From contig CBFDCR010000023.1 in assembly GCA_965603365.1 (NCBI GenBank), positions 54-64,053 of the forward strand: a stretch of DNA of 64,000 nucleotides. The letters are read 5' to 3'. The notes under the pieces are model-generated. The model worked only from the letters and a program-made list of their open reading frames with translations, made no database searches and was not told where the DNA came from. The position numbers and the translations under genes are program-made. Positions within the stretch are counted from its first letter, which is position 1, and each line of letters starts with the position of its first letter. Source of the stretch: an uncultured bacterium. Its GTDB lineage: Bacteria; Acidobacteriota; Aminicenantia; UBA2199. Positions 1-10,249 of the stretch are shown in pieces.

Positions 1-1443
1 GCGGAGATCGAGAAGGTGCTTTCCGACCCATTCCCGGTGTTTAATATCGATAAAATTTGCGACAAACGCAGTGTCGGCCGGACCACACTGTATAGGAGAG
101 TGAAAGAAATAACGGGGAAAACCGCCAATGATTTCATCATGGACATCCGGTTGGAGAGGGCGGCAGAACTATTGAAAAACAATGCCGGCAATGTGGGGGA
201 AGTGACAGAGATGGTGGGTTTCTCCAAACAAGACTATTTTGCCAGGCTTTTTAAAAAGAAATTCAAGCAGTCCCCAAAGGCGTATCAACTCTCCTTTAAG
301 AAGTCCAATTTAGAGGGTGGTCCAGGCGAGGCGGAAGAGCCGCCCGGAGCGGAATCCCCGGAACCCGGGGTGACATTTATGCTGCAAATTTCAACGAGGG
401 ACATGGACCGGGAACTGCCTTTCCGGGTTCCTTTGCCGGGATTGGAAAAGCTGTTTAAATCAGCGGTCGGTGGCCCGCAGCGTGAGGCGTTGTACCAATT
501 CATAAAAAATATCTATGATCCCGATTCCCTCTCCCCCTCCGCGGCCCATGATGCCCTCAAGTATTATCAAACCCCGGAAATTCTCAAAAAGATGCAAAAA
601 AACATTGAAGACATGAAAGATGATGCCTTCAGGAAGGGAAATAGACCCGGTATGACAGGATCGATACCGGTGGATCGGTTCGATGTTGGAGACGATGAGG
701 CCTACCGGAACACCGGGGCCGTGGCCCTGGTCTGTATGGAATCGGGCTTTTGCCTGGACAGCCCGGGCAGCACTCTTTTAGAAACCCTGCCCTTTGGCAA
801 AACGTTTAATTTCTGTCACAGTGAACCTTTCTGCCATCAGGTCGCCGCTGCCGGTGCCCTGGGAACGGCAGTCCTGGTGGCCGGGGACATGGTCGTTACG
901 GCCGCCCATATTGTGAATGACAAAAACGTAACCGGCCTGCGTTTCGTGTTCGATTTTGTCATGGAAGATCCCGTCACCCCCCCGGAGCGGGTGCAGGCGG
1001 ACAATGTATATAAAGGTAGCGAAATCATCGACCGTGTATATAATCCCGATGTTTCCTGGGCCCTGGTCAAACTGGATCGCAGCGTTAAGGGCCGGCAGGC
1101 GGTTTCCCTCTCACAGAAGAACCCTTTTTACGAGCAACCCATCTACGTGATCGGCCACCCCCTGGGGCTGCCCTTGAAACTAACCCCCGGTGCGCTCATA
1201 CACCGGTTGGACCCCGGCAATTTTTCGGCAGAGTTGGATGTCTACAGCAGCGGCAGCGGTTCCCCCATATTTTGTGCCGAGACCCATGAGTTAATCGGCA
1301 TCGTGTCCCGCAGCCGACCGGCCGATCTCCGTTGGACCGGCAGTTGCCTGGTATCTCTGCCCTATCGCAACAATGCCCTCGACCCCCGCGGCAGCCAATG
1401 CACCCGCGCCTCACAGTTCATCAAACAGATCCACAATCCATAA
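1..1443 (+). CDS. AraC-type HTH fused to a trypsin-like serine protease domain (5'-partial, frame open to the window edge)
   Basis: N-terminal AraC signature (RTTLYRRVKEITGKTANDFIMDIRLERAAELL...VGFSKQDYFARLFKK); C-terminal trypsin motifs TAAH, WALVKLD, IGHPLG, SGSGSP. Confidence 0.85.
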   Translation, partial: AEIEKVLSDPFPVFNIDKICDKRSVGRTTLYRRVKEITGKTANDFIMDIRLERAAELLKNNAGNVGEVTEMVGFSKQDYFARLFKKKFKQSPKAYQLSFKKSNLEGGPGEAEEPPGAESPEPGVTFMLQISTRDMDRELPFRVPLPGLEKLFKSAVGGPQREALYQFIKNIYDPDSLSPSAAHDALKYYQTPEILKKMQKNIEDMKDDAFRKGNRPGMTGSIPVDRFDVGDDEAYRNTGAVALVCMESGFCLDSPGSTLLETLPFGKTFNFCHSEPFCHQVAAAGALGTAVLVAGDMVVTAAHIVNDKNVTGLRFVFDFVMEDPVTPPERVQADNVYKGSEIIDRVYNPDVSWALVKLDRSVKGRQAVSLSQKNPFYEQPIYVIGHPLGLPLKLTPGALIHRLDPGNFSAELDVYSSGSGSPIFCAETHELIGIVSRSRPADLRWTGSCLVSLPYRNNALDPRGSQCTRASQFIKQIHNP

Positions 1444-1444
1444 C

Positions 1445-4400
1445 ATGCCGGTAGTCTTCAAAGTTACTATCGCCCCTGCCAATAAAAAAGGACACTTTCG
1501 GATCACCTGGTTTAACCGGGCAGCCCATGCCAAACAATGCTTTGAACAATCGTCAGTTGGGATTGACCGGGATGAGGTGGAGTGGCTGTGGAAAGACCGG
1601 CGCAATCAATTGGAGATTGGGGAAAAATTATTCCGTTTCCTGGACGGCAAAGGGGGGCATCTCCAACAGGCGCTCAAACAAGCCGAGGCCCTGGACGAAA
1701 GCCTCCGACTCCACCTCTCTGCCGGCGGCGAAACCGTCAACTGGCCCTTCGAACTGCTGGCCCACAAGGGTGCCTTTCTACTGCCCACCCTTTTACACCT
1801 GGTACGCAGTGTCCCGGGGGTGGAAGAGGTTGAAGAGGCGTCCCCCCAAAACCGCCGTCTGAGACTGCTGTTTATGGCCTGCTCTCCTTTGGATATGCAA
1901 TCGGAACTGGATTTTGAGCAGGAAGAGGAAACGATTTTCAAAGCAACGGAAAAATTGGCCATCGATATGGAGATAGAAGATACTGGCTCCCTGGCAGGAT
2001 TACGAGAAAAACTGGAACAGCAGCAATACGACGTTGTGCATCTGTCAGGATTTGCCGGTATCGATCAAAAAGGGCAGCCCTTTTTTGTGATGGAGGATGA
2101 GGCCGGGTACCATGAAAATGTAACGGTAGAGAGATTATGGCATGAAGGGCTGAAAGCAAATCCCCCGCGACTGCTTTTCATTTCCGGGAGTAGTACAAGT
2201 GACACACCCGGGGGAGTTGAGGGCACCTTTGCGCATATTTTAGTGGAAAAATATCAAGTACCGGCGGTTTTGGGTTGGGCACGATGGGTAAGCGATGAAG
2301 AGGCCACAGAGGCGGCAAAGGTGATCTACCGGGAATTAAGCCGGGGCAAATCGGTTCTTCACGCCGTGCAACGGGCGAGATACCGACTGATCGATCGTTT
2401 TCCTTCGCCCCTGAAACCCTCCTGGCCGCAGTTGAGGTTGTTCGGCCACGGCAGTTCACTCCAGGCAATCGTAGAAAAAGAACAGGAAACGCGGCCCCAG
2501 GTGAGGCGGATGACCCACACCTATTTAAAGAACAGCGAAGTAAAGGTACTGGCTGAAGGATTCGTGGGCCGGCGGCGTCAATTGCAGCAGGGCTTCCGGG
2601 TGTTAACGCTGGAGCCCGGCAAGGCAGGACTGCTTCTTCTGGGCAGCGGCGGGCTGGGCAAGAGCTGCCTGGCCGGGAAAATCAGTGAGCGGTTCAAGAA
2701 ACATACCCCTGTCATTGTCCACGGCAGACTGAATTCCATTACCCTGAAGAGGGCATTAAAGGATGCCTTTATCGTATCCCAGGATGATCATGGTAAAAAC
2801 GTCCTGTCCTGGGACATGGAGATGAAAGATACCATGGGGGTTTTGTGCCGGTCTTGCTTTAAAGACAAAAAATACCTTATCTTATTGGATGATTTCGAGC
2901 AAAACCTGGAAGGCTCGGACAGGGGCGAACCGGCCGGCCTGTTTCCCGAAGCTGCCGAATTGCTGAAGGTCTTACTCGACGGGCTCCCGGGCACGGATAG
3001 GTCAACGCAGATGATCATCACCTGTCGTTATGGATTTTCCATGACTATAGAGGACTGCGACCTGGTTAAAGAACGGCTGGAATGGGTCTGGCTGGCGGGG
3101 TTCCGGGAAGCGGAGCAGAGGAAAAAGGCAGGGGAATTAACCAACATCGCCAACTACCCGGGCCCCACCTTAAAAAAGGCCCTGCTGGCCACCGGCTGCG
3201 GCAATCCCCGCCTCATGGAGTGGCTGGATGTGCTGGTAGGGCAGCAAAAATCACCCGCTGTAGTAGAATTGCTGCAAGCCGTTAGCAGCAAAAAAGAAGA
3301 TTTCATCCGGCAGCACGTGATCCGGGAATTGCTCAAACTGGGCGGCCAGGATCTGTCCCGCTTCCTCAGTTGGTTCGCCATTTATCGCAGACCCGTACTA
3401 AAAGAGGGAGCTAAGCAAGTCGGCGAAAAGGCAAACCTAAAAAACTGGCAGGAAATGCTGTACCGGGGCATGGAGTTAAGCCTCATCGAACACGATACCG
3501 CCCGCAAAAGCTACCAGGCCACCCCCCTGCTGAAAGAGGAATTCTTAAGCAAACTTGACAACTTTAACACCCGCCACGAGGCCGCATTTGCTTATTATAA
3601 AAGTATTTGTGAAGGCAAAGCGGATGAACAATTTGATCCCATCCAGATGGAGGAGTGGGTCTATCACGCATTGGAATGCGGTGAGGAAGATGTCGCCTCC
3701 AGCGAAGGAGGAGCATTAGTCAATTACTTCCGGGCAAATTTGGCTTTATTGGAGTCGGAACGAGTAGGATTGTGGTTACTGAAACAGAAGAAGCGAGAAA
3801 TTTCGACTGAACATGATGCGTTTCTATTAAATGAAATCGCATCTACATTAAGGAGTCTTGGCAATCATCGAAAAGCCATCACATATTACGAGAAGGCTTT
3901 GTCTATTAACGAAGTATTATTAGGTCCAAGGCATTTGAATGTAGCAATCGGTTTGAATAATCTAGGTGAAACATGGAATAATCTTGGAAAATCCCAAAAG
4001 GCGATTGAGCTTCACAAAGAAGCACTCACTATTTATGAAGAAATATTTAAAGTAGAACACCCATATAAGGGAGGTGCTCTAAATAATCTAGGTTTAGCCT
4101 GGAGCGATCTTGGTAATCCCAATAAAGCTATAAAATATTATCAGAGGGCGATATCCAATTATGATTCAATAAATGGGAGGGATCATATTAAGGTGGCAAC
4201 CGTTTTTAATAACCTGGGTATGGCCTGGGAGGTTTTGGGCAATTATCGTAAAGCTATTAGCTATTTCCAGAAAGCACTGAAGATCCATATGACTGTTTTT
4301 GGGATGGAACATCCTGCTGTGGCTACCAATTTGAATAATGTGGGTATGGCCTTGCAGTATTTAGGAGATCACCATAAAGCCATCATCTATTATCAGGAAG

Positions 4401-5527
4401 CGTTATCTATTAATGAGGCCATGTATGGACAAACGCATTCAGATGTGGCAACTGGATTGAATAACTTGGGCATGGTATGGCTGGCGATGGGAGAGTACCA
4501 TAAAGCCGTCGATTATTTCAGTGAAGCACTTTCTATCAATGAGGAAGTGTTTGGGCCGAATCATATTAATATAGCTACTGGCCTGAATAACCTGGGAATG
4601 GCATGGCATGATATAGGCAATTACCATAAAGCTATTGATTATTTCAATAAGGCTTTAACTATTGATGAGATGACGCTTGGAAAGAAGCATCCAAAGATTT
4701 CCATGGATTTGAATAATATTGGGTTAATATGGAAGGAGTTGGGAGAATTTAGTAAAGCCATTGATTATTTTCAGAGATCTCTGAAAATCAATAAAGCGCT
4801 TTTCGGAAGAGAACATCCGAATATATCCAGAGATCTAAACAACATAGGAGGAGTATGGGATGATCTTGGTGATTATCGAAAAGCTATTTATTATTACATT
4901 GAAGCCTTATCCATTGATGAAATTTTGTTTGGGCCAAAACACCCTAATATTGCCATAGAATTAAATAACCTGGGAATGGCATGGTTGGCATTGGGTGATA
5001 AGCAAAAGGCCATTGAATATCTTAAAACGGCACTGGACATCAATAAAACCGTGTTTGGGCCAAAGCATCCCGATGTGACTACTGGTTTAAATAATCTAGG
5101 GTTAGCATGGGATGAATTAGGCGATTATAAGAAAGCAATTGAATATTATCTCGAGGCATTGGTCATTGATAAGACCGTGTTTGGGCGAAAACATTCAAGG
5201 GTGGCTACAGAATTGAATAACCTGGGGTCAGCATGGAATGCTCTTGGTAATCATGGTAGAGCCATTTATTATGGCCATGAGGCATTGTCTATTGACAGGG
5301 AAGTGCTTGGACAGAAACACCCAAATGTAGCAAGAGATTTGCACAATCTGGGATGTGCATATTTCGACCTGGGACAATCGGAAAAGGCAAAAGATCATTT
5401 TGAGGAGGCCTATGCGATTTATAATAAACTCTTTGGTCCGGAACATCCTGATGCGAAGATAGTGGCTGAGTGGTTAGAGAAGTTAAAAGAAGGAAATAGA
5501 GTAGAAAGAAATGGCAACAATTTATAA
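1445..5527 (+). CDS. CHAT (caspase-like, degenerate dyad) - STAND/NB-ARC-like P-loop NTPase - 42-aa TPR array protein
   Basis: Likely ATG at 1445, just after the upstream stop. CHAT motifs YDVVHLSGFAG and LLFISGS; GFVGRRRQL; Walker A GSGGLGKS; Walker B LILLDDFE; about 13 repeats of the HPxxAxxLNNLG type. Confidence 0.88.
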   Translation: MPVVFKVTIAPANKKGHFRITWFNRAAHAKQCFEQSSVGIDRDEVEWLWKDRRNQLEIGEKLFRFLDGKGGHLQQALKQAEALDESLRLHLSAGGETVNWPFELLAHKGAFLLPTLLHLVRSVPGVEEVEEASPQNRRLRLLFMACSPLDMQSELDFEQEEETIFKATEKLAIDMEIEDTGSLAGLREKLEQQQYDVVHLSGFAGIDQKGQPFFVMEDEAGYHENVTVERLWHEGLKANPPRLLFISGSSTSDTPGGVEGTFAHILVEKYQVPAVLGWARWVSDEEATEAAKVIYRELSRGKSVLHAVQRARYRLIDRFPSPLKPSWPQLRLFGHGSSLQAIVEKEQETRPQVRRMTHTYLKNSEVKVLAEGFVGRRRQLQQGFRVLTLEPGKAGLLLLGSGGLGKSCLAGKISERFKKHTPVIVHGRLNSITLKRALKDAFIVSQDDHGKNVLSWDMEMKDTMGVLCRSCFKDKKYLILLDDFEQNLEGSDRGEPAGLFPEAAELLKVLLDGLPGTDRSTQMIITCRYGFSMTIEDCDLVKERLEWVWLAGFREAEQRKKAGELTNIANYPGPTLKKALLATGCGNPRLMEWLDVLVGQQKSPAVVELLQAVSSKKEDFIRQHVIRELLKLGGQDLSRFLSWFAIYRRPVLKEGAKQVGEKANLKNWQEMLYRGMELSLIEHDTARKSYQATPLLKEEFLSKLDNFNTRHEAAFAYYKSICEGKADEQFDPIQMEEWVYHALECGEEDVASSEGGALVNYFRANLALLESERVGLWLLKQKKREISTEHDAFLLNEIASTLRSLGNHRKAITYYEKALSINEVLLGPRHLNVAIGLNNLGETWNNLGKSQKAIELHKEALTIYEEIFKVEHPYKGGALNNLGLAWSDLGNPNKAIKYYQRAISNYDSINGRDHIKVATVFNNLGMAWEVLGNYRKAISYFQKALKIHMTVFGMEHPAVATNLNNVGMALQYLGDHHKAIIYYQEALSINEAMYGQTHSDVATGLNNLGMVWLAMGEYHKAVDYFSEALSINEEVFGPNHINIATGLNNLGMAWHDIGNYHKAIDYFNKALTIDEMTLGKKHPKISMDLNNIGLIWKELGEFSKAIDYFQRSLKINKALFGREHPNISRDLNNIGGVWDDLGDYRKAIYYYIEALSIDEILFGPKHPNIAIELNNLGMAWLALGDKQKAIEYLKTALDINKTVFGPKHPDVTTGLNNLGLAWDELGDYKKAIEYYLEALVIDKTVFGRKHSRVATELNNLGSAWNALGNHGRAIYYGHEALSIDREVLGQKHPNVARDLHNLGCAYFDLGQSEKAKDHFEEAYAIYNKLFGPEHPDAKIVAEWLEKLKEGNRVERNGNNL

Positions 5528-8500
5528 TATAAACATTGAGCCATTGACAAAGGAAGATAGCTTCACCGTTACCTGGAAGAACACAGAGACAGAAACAGTG
5601 CATTCTTTTGAAAACACGCCAGACGTTACTCTCGATGAGATTCAGTGGCAATGGTCGCAGCGTCTATTATCAACCGGTCAAAAGCTTTTTCGCTTTCTGG
5701 ATGGAGATAATCATTACTTTCAGCAGGCCCTTGAATACGCCGACCAAAAAGGAGAATCACTGGAAATTCATTTAAATAACTGTAAAGAAACTGACGATTG
5801 GCCTTTTGAACTTCTGGCTAAAGACAATTCATTTTTACTCTCACGCTCTGTTCACCTGGTGCGATACATTTCCAATTGTAAAGCGAGCCAAATAATCCCT
5901 CCTATAAATCGGCCATTAAAACTTCTTTTTATGGCAAGCTCTGTCAGGGATATTAAGCCGTTGTTGGATTTTGAAAAAGAAGAGGAAGCTATTTTTGCAA
6001 TCACCCGCCAATTGCCTATTGACATGGACATAGAAGATACCGGTTCACCAGCAGGTTTGCGTAAGAAGTTGGAAAAAGAAAAGTATGATGTAGTTCACCT
6101 GTCCGGTCACGCGGGTATAAGCGACAATGGAATTCCTTTCTTTGTCATGGAAGGAGAAACGGGGCAGCGACTTATCGTATACCCCGAAGAGTTAGGGAAT
6201 GAAGTTTTTTTCAAAAATCCACCGCGATTATTGTTCTTGTCAGGCAGTCGTACCGGGGATGTGGCCGGGACCCCTGAAGGTTCTTTTGCTCGCCGATTGG
6301 TAAAGAATTCCAACATCCCGGCGGTATTGGGGTGGGGTCGATCGGTAAGGGATGATCAGTCAATAGTTGCAGGTCAAATGCTCTACCAGCAATTGAGCGG
6401 CGGCAAAACCATACTTGAAGCTGTGCAGCGGGCTCGTTACCAGTTGATAAAAAATTTCCCCGACAACGAAAAACCAGCTTGGCCCCATTTACGCCTATAC
6501 AGTAGTGATGTACCCTTGAGTACCATTGTAAAAATAAACCAGAATATGTGTCCCACTCCCATGACAGTAACGCATGCTCATCTTAGAAATAGTCAGGTAA
6601 AGGTCTTGGCGGAAGGATTTGTGGGACGCCGAAGACAAATTCAAGCTTCCTTAAATACGTTAACCAAAGATGGCGATAAAATCGGGGTTCTGCTTCTGGG
6701 CACTGGAGGTTTAGGCAAAAGTTGTCTGGCGGGAAAGCTGAGTGAACGTCTCGCTGATCATACATTGATTATCGTTCATGGCGGATTAAATACAGTGTCT
6801 TTGCAGAATGCACTAATAGATGCATTTATCGTATCCCAGGATAAAACGGGACGGCAGGTCTTATCCAGGAAAATCAATATGGCGGATAAATTAACCCAAC
6901 TTTGCCACAGCAGCTTTAAAGAAAAAAAATATTTGCTGATCCTGGACGATTTCGAGTGTAACCTGGAGGGGGCTGAAAAAGGACAACCGGAGTCTATGCT
7001 CCCCGAATCCGCGCAATTGCTGAAAACACTTTTTACCTATCTTCCCTCCGCCGGGAAAATGACGCAAATGATTATCACCAGCCGTTTTGAATTCACCTTG
7101 CGCCAACAGGACCGGGAATTGGTAACGGAACGGCTGCAAAAAATAAGGTTGATATCTTTTACAAAAGCGGAACAACTCAAAAAGGTGCGGGGGTTGAAAG
7201 CTCTCTTGAATTATCCGCATCCCTCATTGGCATGGCAATTGTTAGCTGCCGGTAAGAACAATCCCCTCTTGATGGATTGGCTTAATGTGCTGGCTGGACG
7301 GATGACAAACTCTGAAATACCGGAAATATTGCATGCCGTGAAGGGTAAACAGGAAGAATTCATTCAAAATCTTGTGTTACGTCAACTGCTTCAACATAGC
7401 AGGGCGGAATTGGAACATCTTTTGTGTCGGCTCAGTATCTTTCGTATCCCGGTGTTGTTGGAAGGGGTTAAACAAGTCGCTGAAAAAGCGGGAATAAGCA
7501 ACTGGCGGCAATTCCTTGAACAAGGAATTGCCTTGAGCCTGATCGAGCATGATCAGTCAGGGAATAAGTACCAGGTTACCCCGTTATTAAGAGAAGAGTT
7601 GTTGAGCGGATTGAAGGATATTTCCACTGTCCACGAAATAGCGTTTGAATACTACAAAGAGAAAACCGATATTCGGGATTCGGTTGAGCCGACGTTGATG
7701 GAAGAGTGGATTTTTCATGGGTTGGGCTGCGGTAAAGAGGAAGAGGTCAGCGCCATCGGCGGTTGGCTGGTTGATTATTTACAAGAACAATTGTCCTATC
7801 AGGAAGCGCAACGGATTGGGAAATGGATACTGAATGAAAAAAAACGAGCCTTATCCACGGAAAGTGACGCTTTCCTGCTAAATTCCCTCGCATCCGTAGT
7901 AAAAGAAATGGGTTATTGCCACCAGGCAATCAAATATTTAAAGAAAGCCCGATCAATCACTCGGAATGTTTTTGAGGAGACTCATCCCAAAGTAGCCACC
8001 GTTATAAATAATATAGGAGCGGTATGGGAAGATTTATTGGAATATGATAAAGCCCTTGATGAGTACCAAAAAGCTCTTGCTATTTTGCAGAAAAATTATC
8101 CAGAAAAACATGCAACTGTTGCCACTACTTTGGGTAATATAGGAAAAATTTTTCTCTACCAGGGGGAATACAAAAAAAGCCGTTCTTATTTCGAGAAAGC
8201 ATTGGAAATGGATAAGGCATTATACGGAGATGTGTTACATCCTGATTTATCCAGGGATTTGAACAATTTGGGGACATTGTTGAGAGAAATGGGGGAATTG
8301 GAGAAAGCCGGAGATTGTCTGAAACAAGCGATAGCTATCGATCGGGCTTTGTATAGAGAAGAACATCCACAGGTTGCCGCTACCCTAAACAACCTGGGAA
8401 CAATATGGGAAAAGGAAGGAAAATTTAAAAAAGCAATCGAATGTTTTCATCAGGCAATGATTATCAATAAAAACTTTCTTGGAGAACTGCATCCAAAGAT

Positions 8501-10061
8501 GCCCATTACACTAACAAATTTAGGAACCGCCTGTATGGAAGCAGAGGACCATTTAGAAGGACCGAAATATTTAAAGCAGGCACTTTCCATCAATAAGGCA
8601 TTGTATGGAGATATGAATCTCTATGTAGCCGATAATTTGGGACGTTTGGGAGAAGCAGCCATCATATTGAGACATCCCCGGGAGGCCATCGATTATTTTG
8701 AGCAGGCAATTTCAATTCATCGGGATTTACACGGTGTGATACGTTCGGAATGTGTCGCATACATCACTGATCTGGGAACTGCGTGGGGACTGTTGAAGAA
8801 CCATAGCAAAACCGTTGAGTACTATAGACAAGCGCTTTCGATTGCATGTGAAGTATATGGGGAGGAAGATTTGAGAACCGCAAATGTGCTTCTCAAGCAG
8901 GGGGCAGCCTGGAAAGCCGTGCTGGAGAATCCTGAAAAAGCCATTGAATACTACCGGGAATCCCTTTCTATCAAAAAAGAAGTTTATGGAACGGAGCACC
9001 CTGATATCGCTTTAATATTTAATAATTTGGGAGCAGCCTGGTACGATCTTGGCCTGTACAATAAGGCGACTTTTTATTATGATTCGGCGCTTAAGATTCT
9101 TAAAAATTCTTACGGGGAAGAGCATCCAATGATGACCGCCATAATGCTTAATCTTGGTTTAACCCGGCATGCAATGGGCAAACCCCTGGAGGCTGTGGAC
9201 TTGTATCGAAAGGTATTGACGATAGAACGATCCTCTCTTGGGGAAATGCATCCCAGGGTGGGAACAGCCCTGGAATCCCTCGGGAAGATATGGAATTCTT
9301 TGGGTGAATATGAAAAAGCCATCGCTCATTACCAGGAGGCATTTTCCATTTTGAAAAAAGCTTATGGTGAGAAACATCATAGAGTCGCCGCGGTTTTGAA
9401 CAAACTGGGGGGTGTATGGTTACGAAAAGGCGATAACTATAAGGGAATAGAATGTATTGAGCAAGCACTAAGGATTTACCTGGAAATATACGGCAAAAAG
9501 CATCTTGAATATGCGGTGACGTTGACCAAACTGGGGGGGGCGTATAATTTTTTGGGAGAGCATAAAAGGGCGGCTGATTTGTTTTATCAGGCCCTAAATA
9601 CATCCAGGCAGCTTTACGAGGAAATACATCCCAATGTGGCTGGGGCATTGACAAATATCGGCGATTCTTTTAACCGTTTGGGAGAGTATCGTCTGGCGAT
9701 CGATTGTCTTGAACAGGCGCTGTCGATTGCGAATGCCTTATGCATTCGAGGGCATCCAAGAGTGGCAGCAATTTTAAATAGTCTTGGAGAAGCATGGAGC
9801 GCCCTTGGAAATCATAATCAAGCGATTGGATATCTTAAGCAAGCAATAACTATCCTCGAGTCTGCCTATGGGGAAGTACATTCTCAAATAGCCGAAACAT
9901 TGGATAATATCGGTTCGACCTACTTGAAATTGGAAAAACATTCGACAGCCGTTAGCTATTTTAAAAAAGCCTATGAAATGTACAAAACATTACATGGAAC
10001 GGACCACCCCTTAACTCAGGAGGTCGCTAACCGGGTAAACACATGTCAAATAGACCGGTAG
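5511..10061 (+). CDS. Paralogous CHAT (Cys->Ser) - STAND NTPase - TPR array protein
   Basis: YDVVHLSGHAG and LLFLSGSRTG; Walker A GTGGLGKS; Walker B LLILDDFE; long 42-aa TPR array; overlaps the previous stop. Confidence 0.88.
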   Translation: MATIYNINIEPLTKEDSFTVTWKNTETETVHSFENTPDVTLDEIQWQWSQRLLSTGQKLFRFLDGDNHYFQQALEYADQKGESLEIHLNNCKETDDWPFELLAKDNSFLLSRSVHLVRYISNCKASQIIPPINRPLKLLFMASSVRDIKPLLDFEKEEEAIFAITRQLPIDMDIEDTGSPAGLRKKLEKEKYDVVHLSGHAGISDNGIPFFVMEGETGQRLIVYPEELGNEVFFKNPPRLLFLSGSRTGDVAGTPEGSFARRLVKNSNIPAVLGWGRSVRDDQSIVAGQMLYQQLSGGKTILEAVQRARYQLIKNFPDNEKPAWPHLRLYSSDVPLSTIVKINQNMCPTPMTVTHAHLRNSQVKVLAEGFVGRRRQIQASLNTLTKDGDKIGVLLLGTGGLGKSCLAGKLSERLADHTLIIVHGGLNTVSLQNALIDAFIVSQDKTGRQVLSRKINMADKLTQLCHSSFKEKKYLLILDDFECNLEGAEKGQPESMLPESAQLLKTLFTYLPSAGKMTQMIITSRFEFTLRQQDRELVTERLQKIRLISFTKAEQLKKVRGLKALLNYPHPSLAWQLLAAGKNNPLLMDWLNVLAGRMTNSEIPEILHAVKGKQEEFIQNLVLRQLLQHSRAELEHLLCRLSIFRIPVLLEGVKQVAEKAGISNWRQFLEQGIALSLIEHDQSGNKYQVTPLLREELLSGLKDISTVHEIAFEYYKEKTDIRDSVEPTLMEEWIFHGLGCGKEEEVSAIGGWLVDYLQEQLSYQEAQRIGKWILNEKKRALSTESDAFLLNSLASVVKEMGYCHQAIKYLKKARSITRNVFEETHPKVATVINNIGAVWEDLLEYDKALDEYQKALAILQKNYPEKHATVATTLGNIGKIFLYQGEYKKSRSYFEKALEMDKALYGDVLHPDLSRDLNNLGTLLREMGELEKAGDCLKQAIAIDRALYREEHPQVAATLNNLGTIWEKEGKFKKAIECFHQAMIINKNFLGELHPKMPITLTNLGTACMEAEDHLEGPKYLKQALSINKALYGDMNLYVADNLGRLGEAAIILRHPREAIDYFEQAISIHRDLHGVIRSECVAYITDLGTAWGLLKNHSKTVEYYRQALSIACEVYGEEDLRTANVLLKQGAAWKAVLENPEKAIEYYRESLSIKKEVYGTEHPDIALIFNNLGAAWYDLGLYNKATFYYDSALKILKNSYGEEHPMMTAIMLNLGLTRHAMGKPLEAVDLYRKVLTIERSSLGEMHPRVGTALESLGKIWNSLGEYEKAIAHYQEAFSILKKAYGEKHHRVAAVLNKLGGVWLRKGDNYKGIECIEQALRIYLEIYGKKHLEYAVTLTKLGGAYNFLGEHKRAADLFYQALNTSRQLYEEIHPNVAGALTNIGDSFNRLGEYRLAIDCLEQALSIANALCIRGHPRVAAILNSLGEAWSALGNHNQAIGYLKQAITILESAYGEVHSQIAETLDNIGSTYLKLEKHSTAVSYFKKAYEMYKTLHGTDHPLTQEVANRVNTCQIDR

Positions 10062-10180
10062 GATTTCAATTGTGGGAAATTCATTGAAAACCCGTAATAA
10101 TTGGTTTATTTTTATCTTAGCGCCTCTTTGCAGTTTAAATTGGGATTGCTGAATCGGGGTTTGGACTGCTACGAACAACG

Positions 10181-10209
10181 TTGACTCAAACGCAGTTGGT
10201 TGCTATAAT
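10181..10209 (+). promoter_or_regulatory. sigma70-type promoter with extended -10
   Basis: TTGACT-N17-TATAAT with TG before the -10, 40 bp upstream of ATG 10250. Confidence 0.7.
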
Positions 10210-10249
10210 CTGCCAAGGAGGAAAAAGATAATAAAACTGAAAGGATAAA

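Noticed and set aside
1373-1444. ORF-track start of the first CHAT gene at 1373
   Set aside because: Overlaps the upstream gene; ATG 1445 aligns with the paralogue N-terminus.
3800-10061. Diversity-generating retroelement target in the TPR arrays
   Set aside because: No reverse transcriptase and no template/variable repeat pair differing only at adenines was seen.
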